NCBI GenBank assembly: GCA_002269645.1
Contig: NIVC01001573.1
Coordinates: forward strand, 222,802-266,497
Origin: Macrostomum lignano
Taxonomy: Eukaryota
DNA: 43,696 bases
Direction: 5' to 3'
A model generated the notes under the pieces. The model was not told the origin of the DNA, made no database searches, and worked only from the letters and a program-made list of their open reading frames with translations. The translations under genes were made by a program, and so were the position numbers. The stretch's first letter is position 1; each line of letters begins with the position of its first letter. Of the stretch, positions 10,865-20,923 are shown in pieces.

Positions 10865-12321
10865 AAATCATTGACCAAAGCCATACTGACGCCAAACTTA
10901 GAATTCTCGAGGCCCTGCACATAAAAGCTCAGACCCCGAATCTCAAACACCCAATTACAACATAGTGGTGCAGGTCACGTTCTCCGCATTTTCTGAACAG
11001 TGAGTGACACAGTCGTGCACGCTGTGTACACTTAGCTTGACGTTCAATTACCTAAGCTAGCTACCGCCCCTGATTCTGCCTTTTGACCACTGGACAAGAA
11101 TTGTGTACATTTGGTTTAACTTTCAATCTCAATCTATAATTCTCTCTCCTACCTACTATACCTATGTATGTTGTTAAAGCCAAGTTGTAATCAATTGTTT
11201 TCAATCTTACCCTCCTTACCTATGTACATTGCAAAAACCAATATTTAATCAATCGCTTTCAATCTCAATTTCTCAAATCGTTCTAATAAAATCCTGACAA
11301 TGCACCATGGTGTGCGAAACGCATTGAAGTTGTTAGAAATTGAAATCATATTCAAATGTTGATATTAAGCTTTCTATTTATCATTCTAATGGTTTTGCAC
11401 TTATAGCCACTTCTTTAAGATTATATTTATATTTAATCTTAGTATGTTTTGCAATTTACTTAACAATTGGTATTCCATATTTTGCTAAAATTTTATTTAA
11501 ATATTGAGATTTTCTAGTTAAGAGTCAAATATTATCATATTAATATTAGCAATATTAAAGTAAACAGAAAGATCAATATCTAAAGTTAAAAATTGAAATA
11601 GATACATTTAAATAATATTTACTTATATATGCTCATATATTGATCTCGTAAATATATATTCATAACACTTAAGTGACTTAGCTGGTGTAATTGAGTGATA
11701 AGTGGTTAGTGATATAGGTAGTATATGCTACAAAACCTATTAGCTAAACATAAAAAGTAAAGTAAAAGTAAAAAGTACAATATAATATATAAGTAAAATC
11801 TTACATAATTGATTAAAAAAGAAAAAAAGAAAATATTTATACAGCATACAAAGCAAATCTATGTTGCAAAAATGCTATATAGATACAATCATCAAATTTT
11901 TTGTATATAATTTGGCTAGGAAACATTCAGGGAGGTTGCACATATAATTCAAGTTAGTATCTCTTAAAAATGATCTGTCTATTGTTTAGAAAATTTTTTT
12001 TTAAAACTTTAAAACCAAACTGCAATACCTGTCAATTGAGCCCATTTTTGTTACTAACCAACATTTATTCTTTCATTTCTTTCTATTTGTTTTTCATGTG
12101 CCATTTTACAAAGTTGAGGGACAGTTATTTCCCAACAGGTATTAGTTTGCATTTACTGCTTAAGCCACCTTGTTTAATCACTTTCTAATTTGCTGCACCT
12201 GCAATCAGCAAGCCAACGCTAAAAAGTTTTCATTTGTTAAATTGGCTTCAATAAAACTTTGCCATCAGAGCCTATTTCTGTTCACTGTCTGGCTTGCCCA
12301 GCTTGGAGCAGACAGCACGCA

Positions 12322-15300
12322 ATGGCTTCAGGCACTCCCATGGAGGTGTCAGTTAGAAATGCCCGCAATGTGCTGATAAGAATTGTCAAAAAAGACCGCC
12401 GCCTTCCGCAGCCCGATGAAATGGCTGAACTAATCAGCATTGACTGCGACTTAGAAATGAAATACCAGCCAATAAGTGTATCTGTACTGCTGCAAAATGT
12501 ACGGGGCAAGCTTAGCAATGTACGGTCTGCGTGCACCCTGCTGCGCAATAAAATGAAGCAGCTGCTGCTGCCGCGGGAGGACCGCAGCACCGATTGGTCA
12601 GTCATGAAAGCCAGCTATCTTCGCTCGTTGCCTAACGCCGCCAAACTCCTTGAAACTATTGGCTTTGTTCTTTGCGGCGAAAATTTTATTGCTAATGAGG
12701 ATCGCATCACATTGCAATCTGTTGTCGACTTTCTGGTAGACGTATCCATGGTAACCGAGGAATTGTCCTTGTATCTTAGCGGACAGCATCCGCGAATGGA
12801 CGTTATTAAATCCTATACATCCGCTGCAGGACAGCTTGAACAGCGGCAGCAACAGACCCACATTACAACAAACCCGCTGCTGATTGTGCAGGAGAGTGAA
12901 CTGCCTGCTCAGAAGGAACCTTCTGGTATTCAGCGCAGAACGGCCACTCTTCCATCATTGCCATCGCCTCCGCTTTCAACTCCCCTTGTCGCTGTATCCT
13001 CTGCTGCAACTGAATCAACAGGACAGAAGCCTCTGCAATCTGCTCAGCAATTTGAAGATCTGAGCCAACAGCCAACCCAGAAACCAAGACCTCCTCCGAC
13101 TCCTTCCTCATCTGCGCCGGCTCAGCTACTCTGCGACCTATGCGGTGATGAGCCTGTTGCATTGGTCTGCAGCAACGAAGCCTGTCCTAGGCGGCACCTG
13201 TGCCTTGGCTGCGATCAGCGCTGGCACGGTCATCCTAGTCGGCGCGGTCACGAGCGCGAAGGTGCCGATACTGTTGAGCTCAGGCGCAAGATTCCATCGA
13301 GTATGACAGCTTCGGCTGTAGCCACGCTTCCTAGGTCCAGAACAGCCTTGGAGCCTGCAGCGTCCGGAATAAAACCGCGCTTGGTAGTGGCGTCTGGCGG
13401 CAAAAATTATGTTAGCTACGTGTCCCAGTTGGGCTTAGCAGCTTCAAACTTCGACTCAGAGCAACAACAACAGTCAAAAGGGAAAGATCAATCTTCAGAT
13501 GTTCAATCTGATGATTTGAAAATACCAAACGAACGTGAAGAACAACAGACTGATGCAGCAGCAACCAAAAAGCAAGAGACTGAAAGTTCAGAGAGTCAAG
13601 AAAGAGAGGAGAAGCAAAGAGGACAGGAAGAACAAGAGAGGCAAGAGCGTAAGGAGCAGCAGAGAAAGCAGGAGGATCTAGAGAAAGAGCGTGACCAGCA
13701 GAGAAGACAGGAAGAACAGGAAAGACAAGAGCAAGAAGAACAGCAAAGAAAGCAGGAGGATCTAGCGAAACAAGAGCGTGAACAGCAGAGAAGAAGGGAG
13801 GAGCAGCAAAAGCAGGAGCGAGAGGAGCTTAGTAGACAGGCGGAGCGAGGAAGAAAAGAACAAGAGAAGCGGATAGCGCAAGAGTCTGACAGCCCAATGG
13901 ATCAAGACTTCGAGCCAAGTCAGCCTGATCATACTAACCAACAGTCGACTGTGCTGCAGCAGATGCTTCAATTCGAGGCAATGGACATCGCAGGCAACAT
14001 GTACTCTAGTGGAGGTGGAAGCCTCGGAAAACCTGACTGGGACTCGAACGGTTTTGCTACAATGCCCACACGCAAAGCTGCACCTAAATTTGTTGATGAT
14101 AGTAACCAAGATGATTGTTCAAACGAGATCTACCGGTCACCCACACAACAAGCGCACCAGAGCCTTACTCAAACTCTTGAATCCAATTCTCACGGCCGCA
14201 GCCACAACCTGGAGCGCCATCGCGAGGGTCTAAGTCAAATTTCACGAGTTGAAGCTAGCCTGGACTTGCGACAGGAAGAGCTGCTAACTTACATGCAAAT
14301 GCTCGAAGTGCGCCCGCATTCAGATCAGGCTCCCGCTGTACCAACGTCAGCTGGCTTTCCGTCTCCGTCTCCGCCACCGACTCCACCGCCGCAACACCCT
14401 TTGCCCGAAGCGCCAATTCTCGAAGCTGAAACTACAGAAGCTCGAATTGCGAGTGAGGAAGACAGCGACCAGGGCAGGTGTGATGAATTTCATACACCTA
14501 GAGCTTCGCCTCCGCCTCTTCCTTCAGCACAGATCGCGTCTTTAACTGATCCAACCGGTCCAGAACACGAGATGGATGATTCAAGCTGGACCTGTCCTAT
14601 CTGTACTGTCAACATCCCTCGCAGCGACCTGAAGATTATTGAAAATAGCAATCGTGCTGTTTGCCCCGTGTGCAGCATGTCTTCCGAGCTTGACACTTAC
14701 AACCAAGTGGAACGCACTGATGCTGGGACGAGCCAATCAGCTACAGCTTCTTCCTCCAGTTGGGAGTGTCAAGTTTGCACTTTTGTCAACAGCGACACTG
14801 ACTGCTGTCAGATCTGCGAGAACCGTCAATCATCGTCTTCTTCATCTGCCGCCGTACCGTCGGCACCCCTAGAGCAGTCAGAATCTGAAGCTTCGGCCAT
14901 CGCTGATAGAAACGCCCGCCTGCTCGATACAATTCGTCGCGCCGACAGCGGCGACGGCGACAATCAAATTGCGGACTCTCGCGTGATTATCGCCGCCTTG
15001 GCCGCGGCTGGCGACCGGGACATTCCGGATGCCCAACTGATCGACTGGGTTCGCCAGGAGTGGCCCCGCCGAGTCGATCGCGTCCGCTTGGAAGCCACGC
15101 GTCGCTACCTCGCCAATCGGCCGGACCTGAAGCCGCATGCGCTGGAAGAGCTGGCTTTCTCGCAACACGAAGTGTCCGAAGCCATGGCCGACTGTCCGCA
15201 CCTGTCCGAGGCCGACTGCCTGCCGGTGGTGCTGGACCAATGCTCCAGGCGCCGCGAACGCGCGGTGCAGGAGTTGGCGCAGCTCTACCCGAACCTGAGC

Positions 15301-15930
15301 TGCCGCGATCATCACGCAGCCGTGGCCAGAGCCGATGGCAGCTTAGAAAAGGCACTCGACCAGCTCAACGGATTAGTGCTGGACAGTTACCTTGGCGACC
15401 TGTCACTGGCCGGCGACGGCCCCGATGCGGACGCTGCTGCTTGCGTCGCATTCGACGGCAGCCAGTTCTCGCTGCACACCCTCATGGTGGACCACGGACT
15501 GCGCAGCGAGTCCATCGCCAGGCGCCTCACTAAGCTGCACAATCACGAAGACTTCGGCCACCATCAGTTGGAGGATCTGGTGGAAGCTGTTAAGGCCACA
15601 GACTGTATGCTGGATGAAGAGAATTGGCTGGAAGAAGTCAGCAGCTACATGAACAAGCAGTGCCCGATCTGCACCGAGAAGTATCCGCGGCACCAATTCC
15701 TGGCCATGGTGAACTGCGGCTGCGAGCTGTGCCAGGAGTGCTTCTATGGCTTCGTCACTACCAATATGAAGGACATGCACGTGACTCACCTGAACTGCCC
15801 GGTGTGCCGCTATCCCAAGGCTAACGATGTTGAGGCATTGCAGTTGCACTTTCAGCACATGCTGGCTCAGATTGCTCACTTCCAGCATCCGGCTTTGCGA
15901 TTTGAACCGGATGATGTAAACCGACTGCAG
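12322..15930 (+). CDS. RNF31: HOIP/RNF31 exon 1 (PUB-like, B-box, coiled coil, two NZF, UBA-like, RING1)
   Basis: The first ATG is at 12322. Motifs: AKLLETIGF (PUB-like), CDLCGD...LCLGCDQRWHGHPSRRGH (HOIP-type B-box), WTCPIC..CPVC and WECQVCTFVN..CQIC (NZF), and CPICTEKY...NCGCELCQEC...LNCPVC (RING1). The donor is CAG|GTGAGT at 15930/15931. The spliced product is about 1470 aa. Confidence 0.9.
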
Positions 15931-15952
15931 GTGAGTTTGCTATTAAAGAGTT

Positions 15953-16200
15953 GCTAGTAAATCAGAAGTAGCTACTAGTAAATCAGAAGTAGCTACTAGT
16001 AGATCAGAAGTAGCTACTAGTAAATCAGATATAGCTACTAGTAAAAAGAAGTAGCTACTAGTAGATCAGAAGTAGCTACTAGTAAATCAGATATAGCTAC
16101 TAGTAAACGAGAAGTAGCTACTAGTAAATCAGAAGTAGCTACTAGTAAATCAAAAATAGCTACTAGTAAATCAAAAGTAGCTGCTAGTAAATCAGAGTAG
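15953..16200. repeat. 21-bp minisatellite (GCTACTAGTAAATCAGAAGTA) in HOIP intron 1
   Basis: About 11-12 visible units. Confidence 0.93.
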
Positions 16201-16333
16201 CAGAAGATGACAGCTCAAAAGCGAAATAATGTTCAGGAAAAACTAAACGCTACTGCTTATAGTACTACTAAGTAGCGAGTAGTGTGCATTTATTTTCAAC
16301 ATGAAACCCACAACCCGCACTCGAACAACCCAG

Positions 16334-16788
16334 GACCGCCTGTTCGACTGGCAGACGATGCGCAACCCCGACTTCGTCTGGTGCAGCCACTGCGGCACCG
16401 GCTTCGAGCTGGATGCCGAGGCCGGCCAGAACCGGTTCACCTGTCCCCGGTGCCGCCGGGACACCTGCAGGGAGTGCCGCAAGCCGTGGGAGAAGCAGCA
16501 CAAAGGACTCAGCTGCGAAGACTTCGAACGCTGGAAGCAGGAGAATGATCCGGAGTTCCAGACCAGAGGCGTCGCCTTCTATCTGCAGCAGCACGGCATC
16601 GAGTGCCCGGCCTGCCACTTCAAGTACGCCTTGGCTGGCGGCGGCTGCCTGCACTTTGTGTGCCGAATGTGCCGGGCGAATTTCTGCTCGGGCTGCGGCA
16701 ATCTGTTCCAGCATACGGACAGCCAGGGCCTGGCGTGCCGTCATCCGCGTAGCTGCCTCTACCATCTGAGAGATTTCGATATTGACAG
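16334..16788 (+). CDS. RNF31: HOIP/RNF31 exon 2 (IBR, RING2 with catalytic Cys, start of LDD)
   Basis: The acceptor is CCCAG|GAC (phase 0). The exon encodes DRLFDWQTMRNPDFVWCSHC...CRECRKPWEKQH...WKQENDPEFQTRGVAFYLQQHGIECPACHFKYALAGGGCLHFVC, closely matching human HOIP ([40 protein letters not shown]). The catalytic TGC is at 16646. The donor is AG|GTGAGA (phase 2). Confidence 0.93.
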
Positions 16789-16801
16789 GTGAGAAAAATT
16801 C

Positions 16802-17119
16802 CTATTGTATCTATTGTATGTTTATATGGCCCCAATTGGGCCAGGTGTGCAACCGACAGCTCAGCCGCAGCTATTGTTGCGCGGCGCATCTGAAGGCTGC
16901 GTACGGCTGTTCAGTCCAAGGACTGGGGGGGGGGGTCGCCACACACACCCTCAGTTACCCCAGCTGATGCTGGCACCAATTTTACAGCTGGGTGAACTGA
17001 AGCAATGCGCTAAGTTAAGTGTCTTGCTCAAGGGCACAAAATTGTTGCAGTGGGATCGGGAATCGAACTCCCGACCTTCAAGCTGTGATTAGTCCGACGC
17101 TCCAACCACTAGGGTACAA
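16802..17119 (-). mobile_element. tRNA-derived SINE (CORE/Meta-like central domain) in HOIP intron 2
   Basis: The minus-strand head has an A-box-like TAGTGGTTGG and a B-box GTTCGATTCC, followed by TTGTGCCCTTGAGCAAGACACTTAAC. A homologous second copy lies at 25121-25380. Confidence 0.75.
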
Positions 17120-17684
17120 CCTCAGAGCATTAGAGCTACCACTAGCTGAAAATGTCCAGCTGGTTTGGTTACTGTCAAGTCTTGATCAGATACATCAGTG
17201 ACCAACCATCAACTAAAGCCAGAGCTGCTGCAGACACATTTAGTCAACGTGCTGATGAAATTTTATAGGCTTGGCAAGGTCTGATTGGCGCACAGTGGTG
17301 TATTGAATACACTGGCGCTTAAGCGAAAATCTGACCTTCTGACCTTGAGAAAGTGCGCAACAAAAAGTTACGAGCGTAGCTTTGGTTTTAAATTTTGTGT
17401 GCCTGATGTGACAAAAAATGTCAGAAGGGATACCAACCTTGGTAGTTACTACTCATAGCGAAAATACTACTCATAGCAAGTAGTTTCATGCTGTTCAAAA
17501 AAAGTAAGAACCGTATCTTGGTACTTATAGTAGTTAGACATAATCTACACACAATGTAAAGGTTATTTCTATTGGTGAATAGATCAGGCTGTTATATCAT
17601 GAATCTGGAACTAGACTACTTATATGAGTAGTCAATACTAGAAATCAGTCTATACGATCCTGTTTACTCGCATCGGCCTCGCAG

Positions 17685-18033
17685 GCTACAGCAGCTGCTT
17701 CGCATGCACAAAGTCGAATTTCGCTCTTTCGTACCCGACGACGAAGAGTTCGACGAGTGCAAAGTGATGGAGCAGAAGGAGACAGCCGACGGCCTGGTTG
17801 ATGAGGCCTGCAGCAGGCGGGTGCACCCCGGCCGGGCCAACCTGTGCGACAAGCACTACTCAGAGTACCTGGTGACGCTTATCAATAGGAACCGGCTGGA
17901 TCCGGTTGAGATCATGACGCCTGACGAGCTCGTGGCCGTGTGTAGGCGGCACGGTCTCCAGGTGGCCTTGGGGTCAAAAGAGGTCAACGTGGCGGAACTG
18001 AAAAAAGCGATCCTGGCTCAGTGCCCGCTCTAA
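17685..18033 (+). CDS. RNF31: HOIP/RNF31 exon 3 (linear-ubiquitin-chain determining domain)
   Basis: The acceptor GCAG|G restores R-LQQLLRMHKVEF. The exon contains CKVMEQKETADGLVDEAC...LCDKHYSEYLVTLINRNRLDP (human CRVIEQKEVPNGLRDEAC...HYKEYLVSLINAHSLDP). Stop TAA at 18031-18033. Confidence 0.92.
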
Positions 18034-18208
18034 GCCGGTTGCGACAGCGTTTTTTATGACAGCAACTTGCCATCAGTTTGTTTAACAAGTTTTTCTGTGC
18101 ATCATCCCCGACTTAAAAGTCCGTTGTCGTTTCATCATTTCTGCTAAAGTTGACGTTTAGCATCCATAAATTTCCACTCGTGACAGCAGCCACTATTAAA
18201 CAAGGATT

Positions 18209-19015
18209 GCCACTAGTATCCACGAACCAGCCACTAGTATCCACGAACCAGCCACTAGTATCCACGAACCAGCCACTAGTAACCAGAAATAGCCACTAGT
18301 ATCCACGAACAGCCACTAGTATCCACGAACAGCCACTAGTATCCACGAACAGCCACTAGTATCCACGAACAGCCACTAGTATCCACGAACAGCCACTAGT
18401 ATCCACGAACCAGCCACTAGTAACCAGAAATAGCCACTAGTATCCACGACCAGCCACTAGTATCCACGAACAGCCACTAGTATCCTCGAACAGCCACTAG
18501 TATCCACGAACAGCCACTAGTATCCTCGAACAGCCACTAGTATCCACGAATAGCCACTAGTATCCACGAACAGCCACTAGTATCCACGAACAGCCACTAG
18601 TATCCACGAACAGCCACTAGTATCCACGAACAGCCACTAGTATCCACGAACAGCCACTAGTATCCACGAACAGCCACTAGTAACCAGAAATAGCCACTAG
18701 TATCCACGAACAGCCACTAGTATCCACAACCAGCCACTAGTATCCACGAACAGCCACTAGTATCCACGAACAGCCACTAGTATCCACGACCAGCCACTAG
18801 TATCCACGAACAGCCACTAGTATCCACGAATAGCCACTAGTATCCACGAATAGCCACTAGTAACCAGAAATAGCCACTAGTAACCAGAAATAACCACTAG
18901 TATCCACGAAAAGCCACTAGTAACCAGAAATAGCCACTAGTAACCAGAAATAGCCACTAGTAACCAGAAATAGCCACTAGTATCCACGAACAGCCACTAA
19001 TATATACGAACAGCC
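18209..19015. repeat. 20/21-bp minisatellite (AGCCACTAGTATCCACGAAC and AGCCACTAGTAACCAGAAAT variants)
   Basis: About 40 visible tandem units. Confidence 0.96.
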
Positions 19016-19709
19016 TCTCTACGAAAAGTTACAAAAACCAATGAGATGCATACAAGCGCAATTCTTGAACATTCCCATATTCGACTCATCTTTCCATATC
19101 TCGATGAATAGCTTCACGAGTCTAATAAATGCTGCTACTCATTGTATCTAATCCTGATTTTGTCTAAGTATTTGAATATCTCCATTTTATTGACCAGAAT
19201 GCACTTTGGTTATAAATATATAACGCATATTCCTCTGATCTACAGCGCCACATGCGACCGGACCCAGCTAGCTGGCTTATTCAGAGTCACTTCGAAAACT
19301 CGCTTCATAAAACAAATTTTAGAATCATATTTTTTCAAAGTCTTCAACTGATATAAAATCAATTAACACTTGAATTTACTCTTTCGTGATTGATCGCTTT
19401 GTAGTATGTACTGCATTGAATTTATTTTCCATCAGAGACTTCAATTATCTTTCATAATTACAAAGTATGGAGTTCCTTGAATTATTGCGGTAAAGAATTG
19501 TCTCTGCCTACATATTTTCTGTTTTATTATTAATATATGTATATTTGTTACTCCAGACTAATCTGACGCTTTCATTTAGTCAGTTTCGACTTTAAATTGC
19601 CTTTAAACGCCTTTAAATTCATTGCATGCTATATGGTTATTTAGAACTTATAGATCCTAGCTATATCAAATATCATATTTAGGGCATGTTCGATAGATTC
19701 CTTTTGAAT

Positions 19710-20898
19710 GGAGCATTTCACCTGGAGGTTCCTTCAGAAAGAGACATTTCATCTGGTAGATTCCTTTTGACTAAGACAATTCACCAGGTAGATTCCTTTT
19801 GAATATGGCATTTCACCTGGTAGGTTCCTTTCAATGGGACATTTCACCTGGTAGATTCCTTTTAAATGGGATATTTCACCTGGTAGATTCATTTTGAATA
19901 TGGCATTTCACCTGGTAGGTTCCTTTCAATGGGACATTTCACCTGGTAGATTCCTTTTAAATGGGATATTTCACCTGGTAGATTCATTTTGAATGGGATA
20001 TTTCACCTGGTAGATTCATTTTGAATGGGATATTTCACCTGGTAGATTCATTTTGAATGGGATATTTCACCTGGTAGATTCATTTTGAATGGGATATTTC
20101 ACCTTATAGATTCATTTGGAATGGATATTTCACCTGGTAGATTCATTTTGAATGGGATATTTCACCTGGTAGATTCATTTTGAATGGGATATTTCACCTG
20201 GTAGATTCATTTTGAATGGGATATTTCACCTTATAGATTCATTTGGAATGGATATTTCACCTGGTAGATTCATTTTGAATGGATATTTCACCTGGTAGAT
20301 TCATTTGGAATGGGATATTTCACCTTATAGATTCATTTGGAATGGATATTTCACCTGGTAGATTCATTTTGAATGGGATATTTCACCTTATAGATTCATT
20401 TGGAATGGATATTTCACCTGGTAGATTCATTTTGAATGGGATATTTCACCTGGTAGATTCATTTTGAATGGGATATTTCACCTGGTAGATTCATTTTGAA
20501 TGGGATATTTCACCTTATAGATTCATTTGGAATGGATATTTCACCTGGTAGATTCATTTTGAATGGGATATTTCACCTGGTAGATTCATTTTGAATGGGA
20601 TATTTCACCTGGTAGATTCATTTTGAATGGGATATTTCACCTTATAGATTCATTTGGAATGGATATTTCACCTGGTAGATTCATTTTGAATGGATATTTC
20701 ACCTGGTAGATTCATTTGGAATGGATATTTCACCTGGTAGATTCATTTTGAATGGGATATTTCACCTGGTAGATTCATTTTGAATGGATATTTCACCTGG
20801 TAGATTCATTTTGAATGGGATATTTCACCTGGTAGATTCATTTTGAATGGGATATTTCACCTGGTAGATTCCTTTTGAATGGGACATTTCACCTGGCA
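19710..20898. repeat. 31/32-bp minisatellite (TTCACCTGGTAGATTCATTTTGAATGGGATAT)
   Basis: About 37 units, degenerate at the left end, abutting the next gene. Confidence 0.96.
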
Positions 20899-20923
20899 GA
20901 TAATTTTTGTCTCTCATCTGTGC

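Larger units (their letters stand above)
9382..11376 (+). mobile_element. Penelope-like retroelement, 5'-truncated, with inverted pLTR; inactivated
   Basis: A frame from about 9556 reads WRYVDDTFAIF...KFTVE...LPFLDI...KVFRK (PLE-type RT), followed by the GIY-YIG motif VVYQFNC...SYVGKTKRHLHTRIREH and LRILEALHI. In-frame TAG stops lie at 9805 and 9862. An inverted repeat of about 148 bp spans 9411-9559 and 11233-11380. A flanking 15-bp direct repeat TTTATCATTCTAATG lies at 9367-9381 and 11377-11391 (TSD). Confidence 0.92.

Noticed and set aside
12259-12321. ORF-track TTG start for HOIP
   Set aside because: Non-ATG start in a eukaryote; the first ATG is at 12322.
17040-17119. tRNA gene on the minus strand (also about 25320-25380)
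   Set aside because: A and B boxes are present, but no convincing cloverleaf could be built, and the sequence continues into a shared SINE body.
20879-20923. ORF-track start MGHFTWQ for paralog 2
   Set aside because: That ATG lies in the last unit of the 32-bp minisatellite; 20924 or 20969 is more plausible.
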